This document shows positions 5,224 to 5,446 of a stretch of 5,446 nucleotides of DNA, in pieces. Position numbers and translations under genes: made by a program. Each line of letters begins with the position of its first letter. Position 1 is the first letter of the stretch. Source of the DNA: a virus; the IMG/VR virus record IMGVR_UViG_3300045988_071232, positions 1 to 5,446 of that record; one strand, written 5' to 3'. Under the pieces are notes generated by a model that saw only the letters and a list, made by a program, of their open reading frames with translations, ran no database searches and was not told the origin of the DNA.

Positions 5224-5418
5224 TCATAGTAGGAGCAGCAGCAGGATCAAGGCCATGACGCTCAAAAAAAGAGGTATATAAGCGTTAAACCAAGCGCAAA
5301 CGTCGCTAACATCCAAACTGATGTGAAAACCTTCAAAAGTATAATAACGGCAGAAGATGGAGTCCTCCATCTCCTGCTGAACTTCATCAAGAAATTCAAA
5401 AAACAAATCATTATTCAT
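5224..5418 (-). CDS. Hypothetical C-tail-anchored membrane protein, 64 aa from the ATG at 5418. It has an acidic N-terminal domain and a C-terminal hydrophobic segment AWFNAYIPLFLSVMALILLLLLL ending at the stop codon.
   Basis: The ORF spans the circular junction, and its start lies in the terminal repeat (equivalent to 67..65). SD GAGGT lies 6 nt upstream. Stop TGA is at 5226..5224. The ORF track's first M is a TTG. Confidence 0.5.
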   Translation of the reverse strand: MNNDLFFEFLDEVQQEMEDSIFCRYYTFEGFHISLDVSDVCAWFNAYIPLFLSVMALILLLLLL

Positions 5419-5446
5419 CAAAATACCTCAAAAGCCTAAAAAAAAC
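5352..5446. repeat. Second copy of the terminal redundancy (= 1..95).
   Basis: Exact 95-nt identity with the window start. Confidence 0.9.

Noticed and set aside
5419-5421. TTG used as the first codon of the tail-anchored ORF in the ORF track.
   Set aside because: An ATG follows immediately at 5418..5416, with GAGGT 6 nt upstream. The TTG is too close to the SD to be the start.
1-5446. The 95-nt terminal repeat as a biological direct terminal repeat or a prophage att duplication.
   Set aside because: The repeat is exact, lies inside an ORF, and the genome has a complete Microviridae gene set at a typical 5.35-kb size. It is therefore a circular-assembly overlap and not a DTR or an integration scar. 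No integrase or att-like features are present.
1-5446. tRNA, rRNA, CRISPR arrays and transposase genes.
   Set aside because: There are no cloverleaf-compatible segments. There are no spaced direct-repeat arrays. There is no ORF with transposase or integrase motifs. The genome is fully accounted for by the phage genes and three short intergenic regions.

Overview
The window is a complete, circularly closed genome of a small ssDNA phage of the family Microviridae, gokushovirus-like. Bases 1..95 are repeated exactly at 5352..5446, so the contig is a circular assembly with a 95-nt terminal overlap and a unit length of 5351 nt. Every credible gene lies on the '-' strand, so the window is the reverse complement of the usual virion/mRNA orientation, and the coding strand is T-rich. 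Four hallmark genes are recognisable from sequence. VP1 is the major capsid protein (563 aa). VP4 is the rolling-circle replication initiator, with HUH motifs FLTLTY / HYHVIIF / YVARYVTKK. VP2 is the DNA pilot/minor capsid protein, with the AGLNPIL motif and an Ala/Ser-rich tail. VP3 is the internal scaffold protein, with FDDHERF and LQRYAQGD motifs. Six small, tightly packed ORFs carry Shine-Dalgarno sites. Two of them fall below the 60-aa cutoff of the supplied ORF track. One is a 33-aa, strongly basic, J/ORF8-like candidate DNA-binding protein coupled to the next gene by an ATGA overlap. The other is a 56-aa strongly acidic Asp/Tyr-rich protein just upstream of VP4. The gene order differs from the gokushovirus reference order. 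VP3 sits between VP4 and VP1. A three-gene accessory cassette (63 aa, 72 aa, and a 64-aa protein with a C-terminal transmembrane anchor) sits between VP1 and VP2. A perfect-consensus sigma70 promoter (TTGACA-17-TATAAT) lies directly upstream of that cassette. The only large intergenic region, between VP2 and VP4, holds two perfect hairpins flanked by a 10-nt direct repeat, a terminator-like T tract and a weaker promoter candidate. No tRNA, rRNA or CRISPR was found. All protein calls rest on motif recognition by eye and need HMM/BLAST confirmation.
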